From Yuukianura sp. NJ FZ-2021 (lineage: Eukaryota), in NCBI GenBank assembly GCA_046563655.1, contig CM102286.1, forward strand, positions 744,001 through 808,000: DNA of 64,000 nucleotides, in the 5' to 3' direction. The notes under the pieces were generated by a model. The model searched no databases and was not told where the DNA came from. It saw only the letters and a program-made list of their open reading frames with translations. Positions 54,201 to 64,000 of this stretch are shown piece after piece. Position 1 is the first letter of the stretch; each line of letters begins with the position of its first letter. A program made the position numbers and the translations under genes.

Positions 54201-57200
54201 TTAGAGGTCAATTCACCTAAGTTATCAAAATGACTCAACGAAAACTTCAAACTGTCTCCATTGTGTTTCCGGGCGGATTGATTTCATGTCCAATTTCGAC
54301 ATCCGACACACGCACCTTAATCCAAATCTTCAACTGCACATGCGTGTTTCCTCCTAAGTTAAGCCAAACAATTGGTTTTAGTAGTCCAGAAAAGAGAGAA
54401 GAATAGTGCGACTTAAGAGGTTTAATTTCCTTTGACAATTTGGCGTTGCGCTCTCTCAAACTTTTTCCACTCTCATCCTCATCATCAATTAACTTGCAAA
54501 AAGAAGTCTCAGCCCTTGACAACTGATGGCTTCGGAACCACGCCTCTTCCAAATTACTTTTTCCAGTTAGACTTGTGCACATCAAAAAACTATGCACAGA
54601 AAATCTTGTGAAGAAAAACTCAAAACTTCACTCCGGCATGAGTCACCATTAATTAGCAAAATCACACCAAAAGTTGAAAAAAAAACTCTGATCTATCATC
54701 CGTCCAATTTTTTCCTCCCAAAACGTATAATTTTCCATTTCAACATCAAAAACCTGCTAGTTTATGCCTTTTTTTCAGTGCGTGTTAACTCTCACTCTCA
54801 AAATTTAAAACTCTTACTTTGTACAATTAAGGTTAATCACGTGACCAAAAATTCAAAAAACTCACAAATCTAACAATTTGACCTCGCATCATCTTTTCCT
54901 TATATAAGCTTGTGACCTTTTATGGCACTGAAAAAACAGAAGCCAATTGAATTGAGTTTCAGTAATTGAAGAAGCCTTTGAGCAAAAGAAGAAAAGAAAT
55001 TAAAACTTTTGTGCAGTTCATCTCTCATGACTTGGCAAAAAAAGAAACTTTTCATGGAACAGTGAACTTAAGTTAAAAAGGAAGTGCCTACTGTGACACT
55101 TCTCATGAAAATCCAGAAGAGCCATTCCAGCTTCTTTTAATTTCAAAACCACTCCTACAATTTGAATCTTAAAATTATTCCCACCAAAACACTTTTTGAA
55201 ATTACCCTCTCCAAAAAAAAAAACACAGTAGTTAACCCCTTCTTCCGTTCAAAATCCATCCACTGTAAAATGACAATCACAAAATCTTAAATTTTCTTTC
55301 TTTCTCCCTCCAAAATGATCTGCTCAAAACATGATTGTCAAAATCACGCTTCAAATGAACTCCAAATTCATACATGGGCAATTCCAGACGAAAAAGTTAA
55401 CAATTCAAAAAATATAATGCGCAAATCCTCTCGTTCCTTTTAAGGCGCATGATTCAACCCACGTAAATGACCAGGACATTTTTAATTTAGCTTAACTTAA
55501 TTAGTTGGCTTAACAAAAAAAAAACTCAAATCATCAACAAATTTTTCCGAAGCTAAATTTTATCACAATTTTTTTTTCTCCAAACCTAAATTTTGCAGAA
55601 AAAAAGTGTTGTTTTTCTCAAAGCCAAAATTTTTCCAGAGAAATGTTTTTTTTTCCCTAAATTTTTGCAGAAAAAATGCTTAATATGCGGAAATTATAAT
55701 GCAAATAATGCAAAATTGCGGATTTTTTTTCTGTGTTTTTTACTGAAACAAAAATCGTACCGAGTTTGCCGAATAATCGTTCCGGATTTCCAATAAAGTA
55801 AAATATATAAAATAAATCTGGAAAAGTTAGATGAGGAAATTTGTAGAGTAAAAAAGCATGTCTGTTATCCCTTAAGCCTCTTTTGCCTGCACTTTCTCCC
55901 AAAGTTTCCACCTATTACCCCCTCCAGAAAAAAACGTAAAAGTGGATATACACGATCCAAATAACTTTTCTTTCTTCTTAAGAACCGAAGAATAAGAAAC
56001 CATTGAAGCAACAAGCTTACAAATTGAACACAAACTCACAGTCTAATCCCATCCAATTGGATTTTACCTCTTCTTTCCTCCTCTGAACGCTAAACCTTCC
56101 TCTTTTTTCAAAAAACTACCTTGGCTCAATTTCAATGAAATGAAAACAACCTTATTATATCCGATTACAAACAACAAAAAAGAGAAAGCACGAGAAAATC
56201 CTTCCAAAACTCCGTTCGCCATAAACTTTCTGCAAAAAAATCCACTTCAAAGACGATACTTCGCACAAATTCAAACTAAAAAAAACTCGAAAATTTCAAA
56301 GTTCAAAAACCCACCCACTCACACTCAAAAGGTCGGCAAAAGTCCAAAACTCAAAATCCGAAATTAACACTGTACTTTTTCCATTTCCAACACTTTGAAA
56401 ATTTGGCATTTTGAATTTGAATATTATTTCGCTCTTTTGCCCCGAAAGCAAGATTTGGAGAAAGTCCAATTACAAGTTAAGGGAAGAAGCGAACTCCCAG
56501 CCACTTTCTCCACTGAATCGAAAACAAAAGGAGCGAGGAATTGATTAGAACACAAAACAAAATACAAGATCTTCCTTCCTCTCCTTTCTCTTTGTCGAGT
56601 CCTTCTGGAAATGAAGTTTGAACAGAAGCAGCAAACCGGGAACAACTCCAAGCACATTCCAGCACCACTGGATGCTGCCAAGCATTTTGTCTTTTGTTCC
56701 AGTCCAAAAACACTGCGTAGAGTCCAGACAAAACTAAAGACAAAGTGAAAGTGAGAGGATCCATGTCACACCCTTCACCCTCGCACTTCAAAATACTTTC
56801 CCGCTCTCTCCAACTTCAATTCCGAGTCATGTCCGTCTCCTCTAAAATATTACTCTCCACGCTCACTACTACAAAGTTCCACTTTCTGATTCTCATTCAA
56901 GGTTTAACCTCAAATCCTTTTTAGAAGATACGGAATTCAAACCATCCATCCACTTTCATTCAACAGAACAACTCACAAGGAATTCACTCACTTTTCAAAA
57001 AAGCAAACCAAGAAACTACTTTTTTTGAAAAAGCAAACGTAAACTTCTGCTTTTCACAGAAAATAAAATAAAAACAACAATCTAGCTTCGAAATTCCTTC
57101 TTCAGCAAATTTCTTTCTAAGAGAATTCAAAAAAAAACTTTCTCGGAATTCCTTTCTCCTTACAATCAACGTCGAAATAAAAATTCCAAACTCCATGATT

Positions 57201-58180
57201 TTTTCCATAAAAAAAAAGAGAAAAAAGTAAAATCAAAAGCAGCTTTTCCCTCATTTGCTCAACTTTTCACTCATTTCTAAAATAATACAAAAGCGCTCTT
57301 ACATTCTCCTCTACAATTTTCAAAATTTCTCTCTCTCCGCTCTTTTTAACTTTCCCTTTGGAAATGTGACAGTTGAATTATTCGTGGAGGGCTCGGAGGC
57401 TAACAAGCATAAGCTCTTTAGCGTTTTTTGTGCTCTCCACTTAAAATTCAGGATGAGACTCCGTTTTAAGGACAAGGGAAGAAATGAATGTGGCTGGAGT
57501 GAAAGGGGAGAGAAAGTAACTATAAAAAGCTCAAAGCAAAACAGAGCTCCCTCACCTTCTCAGCATTTGCTCCACTCGAGCCATTTTAAAGAGGCCGATT
57601 GCGTAGTGAGGGCCAAAGTGGGTGAAACAGGAATCTTAAGTACTGCTTTCACTCTCTTAACATAACATATGTCCTCCGTGTCACAACGACTCACGTCATC
57701 CACTTTCAACTGCTAAAAAGTTCCCGCCAAAAAACTCCACTCTACGGGAAAATGTCAACGTAGAGCATTAACTCTACACCGCACTGAGTGGTTCCGTCGA
57801 TTAAGTTTACATCTTCCAGGATTTGCCAAACTAAACTCTCCGAAATGCGTAACTTAAAAGCTACAAGTGCTCACAAATCTCTACACTTAAAACCTGTCCT
57901 TGTCCCATATTTCTCTACATTTCAAAAACTACGCACTCAAGTGTGAAAATTTCAGAAAAGAAACAGAAATGTGCAAAACATTCGAGATTCTCCCTCGAAA
58001 ACTAAAGTTTTTCTGGTTTAGTTGCAAAATGTTTGTCCTTACCGAGTGCGAATCCTCCTCTGGTCCATTGAACTCGTCCCGCTTGGTTTTCAACTTCGCA
58101 TTTTAGTTCTGCCGTGCCATTTAGCTTTACTTCCAGGTTTTCCGGCCTCTTTCGAAACGACTGCTGCTGACCACTTACAT
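21294..58180 (-). CDS. sns: Nephrin / sticks-and-stones-like Ig-superfamily adhesion protein, 5' end not found; exons 58180-58043, 45619-45440, 35858-35706, 34050-33862, 33761-33459, 29809-29510, 29418-29282, 29012-28841, 28044-27739, 27350-27075, 26863-26582, 25780-25695, 25595-25503, 25411-24994, 24740-24570, 23487-23342, 23261-23027, 21691-21294
   Basis: Nine Ig domains (e.g. CEVENQAGRVQWTRGGFALGFER..PRYSMVGD...HNLRIVNVSLED.SEYQCQVGP) and an FN3 domain (WDPGFNGG). TM LVISVFILVGATMLLINVLLIACFIKRR, cytoplasmic KSATIEMYAPSSYNETVTGETLSSISEKS, C-terminus EGHLV. Splice phases are consistent; several exons are absent from the ORF track. Confidence 0.88.
24120..24192 (+). repeat. tRNA-derived sequence (SINE head or tRNA pseudogene), copy 1
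   Basis: A-box TAGCTCAATTGG, B-box GGTTCGAAACC and T-arm GTGGG/CCCAC; acceptor and anticodon stems are degenerate. Confidence 0.6.
27413..27599. mobile_element. Non-autonomous hAT-like MITE, copy 1
   Basis: Imperfect TIRs CAGGGATGCCAAACATAT / ATATTTTTGACAACCCT; colinear similarity to 35298-35490. Confidence 0.7.
29133..29197 (-). repeat. tRNA-derived sequence (SINE head or tRNA pseudogene), copy 2
   Basis: Minus strand reads GATAGCTCAGGGG...GGGTTCGAATCCCACTCGGTTG, sharing GATAGCTCA and GGGTTCGAANCCCACTCGGTT with copy 1. Confidence 0.55.
35298..35490. mobile_element. Non-autonomous hAT-like MITE, copy 2
   Basis: TIRs CAGGCATGTCAGAAATAT / ATATTTTTGACAACCCTG, flanked by an 8-bp near-perfect TSD ATCATTAT (35290-35297) / ATCATTAC (35491-35498). 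Confidence 0.78.
51227..53183. mobile_element. Non-autonomous hAT-superfamily DNA transposon (~1.96 kb) in an sns intron
   Basis: Perfect 19-bp TIRs TAGGGGTCGCAAATCCGGA and a perfect 8-bp TSD TTTTCAAA (51219-51226, 53184-53191). Clustered subterminal AATCCG/CGGATT motifs; no transposase ORF. Confidence 0.9.
51812..52891. repeat. Tandem array of six near-identical 180-bp units
   Basis: Units start at 51812, 51992, 52172, 52352, 52532 and 52712 ((C/T)TGTTCTCTAA...GTGAAAAATTG), with only a few substitutions. Confidence 0.97.
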
Positions 58181-60157
58181 CTGAAACACAAAAAAAAAAT
58201 TCAAAGGTCAATCCGAGGTCAAAGTTTTCACAAACTCAAAAAACTAACGGCTCATTTTCTGAAAGTTTTCTCAAAACTTTTGAAATTCACAACTTTCCAT
58301 TTTCTCAACAGCAAAAAAGGGGGTTCACTTCGAAAAATACACAACAAAAAACTAAAAACTTGACAAATTCGACACGATTCGGTGCTAACTGATTCTTTTC
58401 AACATGAGAAAAGCTCACAATGAAAAAAAGTGAAAAGTACCAGGTTTAGCAGGTTTCCGTTTCACAATAAGTTTCGTTCCAAAACCAATAAAAATTTAAA
58501 TCCACCCTATCGAAAACTCCTTTCATCTCCACAGTATGAGTTTCGCCCACTTTCAATTTAAAATCAATTTCAACAATCCTTCAAACCTTCCCGCCTCTTT
58601 TGCCTAACGTGAAATGACCTAATCCCTGTCAAAAAAACTTGCTTTCTGTTTACTTTCTCCACAAACTCCAAACTTATTTCCCCTCTTCTCAAAAACCACA
58701 TTTTTAAAAAACCAATTACACTCCAGCCGAACAGCTTTTTAGTACTACAACGAGAGTTAAATTCAAAAATCTCCGACCTAAGAAAGTGAGCTTAAAAAGT
58801 GGATGTTCCCAATATTTTCCTTTCACTTTCACCGAGGCTAAAAAGCGGGTTGACAGAATCGATCCAACTATAGGTCCATTTCCACCTCCACTTGTAACGT
58901 AATATCCGTCTCCGCTGAATTCCTCTTCAGTTGGCTCCAACGGAGTTCCAGCAGAGGGAAAGTAAATTAGAATATTCCAGGGAACAGAGTTCCAAATCCG
59001 CTTTCTTCCTTTAGCACAAGAACCTCTTCAGAATTGATCAGCCAAAGATAGGCATAGGAAAACCGTCAGTTGCACGTGAGGCTCCAAAAGAGTGTTGAAT
59101 GGACCCTATTCACACTTCACTTTCAACATTTCCACCACGGCCATACAAAACGCTTTCACTTTTCACACTTTTTCAAACTTCCCGCACAAAAACTTGGGCC
59201 AAAAGTCCCAAAATTCGACAAAAATTCACCTAGCCACCATACCACAAAGAAAAATAACAAAATTTCAGAATTCCAACACAACCGCTGAATTTTTAATTTA
59301 TGAAAAAAAAAGAGTTCGCGAAATTCCGAGTTTTACAAAATTATGACTCAAATTCTAACCGTAAAAAAATCCTATCGAAGGATCAGCGACACAAAAACGG
59401 CACATTTCTTTTTTTTTTCTCCTGTTTTTTTTTCGAAATTCAAAATTTCCCACGAAAACAAAGTTTTAGGTGAGGTACAATTTGTGTGTGTCATGTCAGG
59501 TATTTATTTGGACAAGAGCATTGTGTTTCCAAAAGTTAAGGACAACGACATCTGAGCTAACTTTTGCCCTTGGATTCAAAGTTTCTTTGTGTTTTCAGGG
59601 GAGAAAGTTGGGAGTGAAAGTAAGTTTTGGTGGAAATGCAATAAAAACAGCAGGGAGCTCATCCCCAGGAGAAGTGGAGTCATTTGCCACTTGTCAACAT
59701 GAATTGTCTTAAGGAAGGAGAGCCAGAAGTGTCAACCAAAATCATTTCAGTTTAGTCTCTCCTGAGGCCCCCCTAAGGCCCCAGGGGGCCTTCTCATCCA
59801 ATCCTGATTTATCACACCCAAATCCCACAAACTTTATTCTCACTCTTGACCTCTGCCTCCAAACCCACATTCAAATCAACCTCACAAATCTCCTGATTCC
59901 ATTCTGGGGTCAGAGGTCACCTTCCCCATGACTTTCCAAAGTAAGTGTCTAAAAGGCTCAAATGGACACGGAGATGACTGTCATTGTGATCCTACACACT
60001 CTCGCATTCCCATCACAAGTTATTGGATGTCAGGCTGTGAGACAGCGGAAAATAAAGTTCATGTCCACTGAACCCTAAAGAAAGCGTCTTCGCATCAAGG
60101 AGAAAGTTACTTCCACCCAGGTATGGTCACACATTCTGGAAAGAGCACTGCTGGACA

Positions 60158-60487
60158 GTAGCAGGTCATAGACGACAACACAAAAACCGACAATGACAAA
60201 AGCCAACAATTTCAAAATCAATCAATTACAAAGCATACAACGCCAATAACCGACAACGGTTAAGGCAGAAGCAACTAAAAACTGGCTATAATTTAATCAT
60301 TTTAATTGATTTAAGTTGCTGATTATACTTGATTATTAGGTTGGATTTAGTTAGGCAACGTTAATGTAAAATACGGCGTAGAGTTTGATTAACTTAAATT
60401 AGTATCAGTTCTTAATTTTGTCGGCTATTGACGTTGGCGGCTATTGACGTTGTCTGATTTGGAATTTTCGGCTATGACCTGGAATCG
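60158..60487. mobile_element. Degenerate foldback/Mutator-like non-autonomous element
   Basis: 9-bp direct repeats TGCTGGACA (60149-60157, 60488-60496). Inverted ends CAGGTCATAG.CGA / TCGGCTATGACCTG; the inner motif CAACG(C/T)CAATA(A/G)CCGAC occurs in inverted orientation at both ends. Confidence 0.65.
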
Positions 60488-63367
60488 TGCTGGACATTTT
60501 CATGGGAGAGAAGTATTTTCTCCTGACCCAAATCCACATTGACACTTTGTAAAGACGCGGATCAGAAGCTGGGCAAAAGAAAAAAAAGAGCGCGAAGTTC
60601 TTTTCAAAAACGATGGTCCAAATTTTAAAAAAATTCCCATAACTCTTTCCAAATGCTCCATGGTCCAATGGCCCACAATGAAAACGCTCCAAATTTATTT
60701 TAACTGCATAGTGGACCAACACTTTCAAAATTTTAAAAATCACATAAAAATTTGATTTTTTTTTAAAACGTAAAAATATTTCGATATCTATTCAAAAGAT
60801 AAAAAAATTGCTCCAATTCCAACTCAAATACAAAGTATTTAGCTCTACTGGTTTCTCCAGAAATATGAAAATATGAACAAAATTAAACTTTCATCCAAAA
60901 AAAACTCGTTTTTCCTTTCGTTATTTTCTTCTTTGCTTTCAAAAAATCATTTTCGTGGAACCTTTTGTTGGATTTAGTACAAAAACAAAAGCCGTCAGAG
61001 AAATGAAATCGAAGACAATGAATTGATGAGATTTTCATGCTTTCTCCTCAATCTTGCATTCCGTCCACTCCTGTACTTTCTCCAGAAAGCAGGGGAGATA
61101 TGGAATTCGGATATTCGTGGAAGATGAACTCCTCATAGCAAAGGCAACCAGAATCCAATCCAGAGAGAACAATGCGGACTTACTTCAACCCACATAAAGT
61201 CTTCGACTGTGGAAAGGAAATGGTCTTCATAATAGGAAAACTGAACAAACTGATGACAATCTCCCTCCAGTTTCACAAAAAAATAAAGAAAAACACATTT
61301 CGGACTGACTGATAAGCTTTCACTGCCGTTCCGAAGGTGCACTTTCTCCATTGTCCTCCCACAATCTCTCTACCACACACTCGTACTCCGCTATAAAACA
61401 AAATTTTGAAGAAAAAAAAACTGTAAAAACTTTTTTTTACTCCGAACCACTAAAAATAGGGCAGCTTCTGTACAAAGGTCAAATCAACTTTTACTTTTCT
61501 CTACCTCAGAAATGCAATAAAAAATATCACTCGAAGGATTCGAAAATCACACAAAAAATCAAACCAAAACAGAATTTCGAAAAATTTTCAATATTTCCGC
61601 TTTTCGCTTTTTTTTTTGTTTCGAGTCTCAGTCCAGTCCAGAACAAATGTCTTTCGAAAATTTGAATATTTTCAGAAAAATTGACACGGACAATCTTGAG
61701 GAGTGGATTTTGAGATTTACTTCTTTTTTCTTTTTTTGAATTTTCACCTTATGTGAATCTGAAATCCACTTTCATCTGTCAACTGACCACAAGTAGCAAG
61801 ATTCAAATTCGAAATTCCTTATTTCCCGCATCGTTTCACTTTTTGTCTCCCCTCATGACTATTTCATGAGCAGAGTTCAAAATTTTAATAAAAATCCGTC
61901 CAGAAAGAAAACCGGCTCCAAAAAAAAACTCCGCCCACAAATCACATTCAGAAATCAATCACTCAAACTTTCACCTCCAGATTTCCATCATCTTAAAAAA
62001 AGTTCCAATATCAGAGCAAATATTTATTTCCCTCCCAATTTCATTTTGAATTCTCCGCAAATCCACTTCTTTTCCCTCTCCTTTTTCAAATGCATACAAA
62101 ATTTGTTTGCCCGTCGTCAGCTTGGTCAAGCACAAGCAGGTTCAGCTTTCTCTGAAAGCAAAGCTTAAACCGAAAACTTTATTCAAAAAAGTAGTTTTTC
62201 TAAAAAACCTTATTGTGTATGTCTGCCTTTTTTCAAAAAAGTTCCAATTCCGAAATGTAACACGGAGTTGTACGAGGCTATTGAAAGTATGGACGATCCT
62301 TAGTGAAAGCTTTCTCTGAGAAAATCGATAGTTTTCGTTCCATTTTCTTCAAAATAAGGAGCCCACTGCGAGTCTCGAACTCACAAAAAGTTAAAACGCT
62401 TTTCCAAAACTAACAAAAACTTTGGCCATAAGATAAAGATAATTTTAGTACAGCAAACGCCCTTTACACCACGCCACCAACCGCACCATCATCATGTCAC
62501 ACATTCAAACTTTTTTAAATTTCCTAAACTTCTCAAAACAAAAATCCTTTTTCAAACGCCCGACTGCCTAAAATTTCAAAATTCAAGCAGCCTCAAATCA
62601 CCTTTGATGAATAATAGGCCGCAATTAGTCGCCGGGAATCTAGCTTTTCAATTTCAAACTTTCCCGCACACAACGCCGCGGTGTGCTGGTGGTGTTCAGG
62701 TGTAGTCAATGCTAATTGCCCAGCATCAAGAATACTGTTATTGGTCAACCATAAAATCCAGTACATTCTTCTGCGCCTGCGTCATGCTCAGGGTGATTCT
62801 GGCGGTTTCATTCAAAATCAAACGTTTGGCGCGGTTTTCTTTAAATCTCTTAACAGTTTCAAACCAATTGCATTTACTGTAAGTGTTTCTCCCTCTTTAC
62901 AAAACACCCTTGATGAAGATTAATGGTCCACATCACACCGTTTCCATTCTGCTACCGCCCACATCCAGCCCCACCAAATTTTACGGCCCCACCACAGCCC
63001 CACTACCACCCTTCTACTCTCCGTAAACAGCCCATCGATCACTCATTTACTCCACGGTGGCTTTCCAACGTTACACAACAAGACAGCATCTGAGGAAATC
63101 ATCTCAAAACAAAATTGAATAGAACCCGGGAAGTTTCAAAATCAAACTCCCGCCTTGTCTGCGTTCACAAAAGAAGTTTTAATGATGTGATTAAAATCAG
63201 TAGAACGTGAGAACTGCTCTGTACTTTGCAGCAGTAGAGGCTTATTGATTCCTTGGAGCCAAAAAGCAATTAGCCCAGGAGGAAGGAACAATCAAAACAA
63301 GAAGATGAGCCTCATGTTTACACACCTTCACAAACTATGCTCAAATCACCCTTCCGCACCACCATCA

Positions 63368-63474
63368 TTTACCATTTTCAGCCTCCAAAACTCAAAATTT
63401 ACCATTTTCAGTCTCCAAAACTTGCAAATTTACCATTTTCTGCCTCTAAACCTTACAAATTTATCATGTTCAGC
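63368..63474. repeat. Minisatellite, ~3.5 copies of a 30-31 bp unit
   Basis: TTTACCATTTTCAGCCTCCAAAACTCAAAA-like unit repeated in tandem. Confidence 0.7.
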
Positions 63475-64000
63475 GTCAACATTTCGCACAAATTTTGAAA
63501 CTTCCAAAAATCTACTTACGGCGGCTCAATTTCTTCACTAATTAAGTCACAACAGACTTCGGAAGCTTCGAATTTCCAACACAAACATGAATCTCAAACT
63601 ACGCAGAAAAGAAAAACAATGTCTAAATTTTCCAAACAAAAATTTAGGGAAAAAAAACCTTCACTTTTTTTGTTAGCAAAAATGGCAGTGAAAATCAACT
63701 ATCGAAGAGCAGACGCAAAGTACACGAAATTTTTCAGTGAACAAAACATAACCTAATCGCCTGATTTCAAACTATGAAAAAAGTAAACCGTTGCCTTAAG
63801 GTATACAAAGAGAGCCCTTAAGTCCCCTCTCATCATCCACTTTTTTATTTAAAAAAAAACTAACTTCCGAGCCTCCGGCATTATTTCCAGATTCGGCTAA
63901 AGTGATTGACTTCTTTTCAAACAACTTTTTAATGAAACTTTTTTTTCAAACTACTTTCAAAGCACTTTCTAGAAATAATGTCGACGGGTAAAAAAAATTC

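Noticed and set aside
58716..58940. ORF as the first exon of sns
   Set aside because: Starts at TTG, has no signal-peptide character, and no convincing phase-compatible donor was identified.
30200..64000. Many short K/F/L/S-rich ORFs in the ORF track
   Set aside because: Composition reflects AT-rich intronic homopolymer runs; only the Ig exons listed show protein motifs and splice signals.

Overview
AT-rich, intron-containing eukaryotic genomic DNA with arthropod-type genes. A non-insect hexapod such as a springtail is plausible, but the taxon is inferred only. The first ~19 kb is a compact gene cluster: a 3'-truncated DHDH/Gfo-Idh-MocA oxidoreductase (-), a three-exon selenoprotein L-type gene (-), a small secreted Cys-containing beta/gamma-crystallin-like protein (-), an MFSD6-like transporter (+), unc-50 (-), and two tandem clan-3 cytochrome P450s (+). 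From 21.3 kb on, the window is occupied by a nephrin/sticks-and-stones gene (-) with 9 Ig domains, FN3, TM and cytoplasmic tail; its first exon was not located. Its large introns carry non-autonomous DNA transposons, tRNA-derived repeats and a 6 x 180 bp tandem array. The key result is missed by the ORF track. The '172 aa' ORF at 2104-2622 does not really stop: it reads ...LRYFK-UGA-CCU-CCC-UGA-RIHL..., a UxxU (UPPU) double-selenocysteine motif, and splices into a thioredoxin-like AhpC/TSA-type domain (311 aa total). A canonical type II SECIS lies in the 3' UTR, and a long mRNA hairpin just after the UGAs forms only after splicing. Both P450s also lack the conserved I-helix acid-alcohol pair. 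Exon boundaries and RNA folds were derived by hand from GT-AG sites, frame continuity and base-pairing; no databases were searched.
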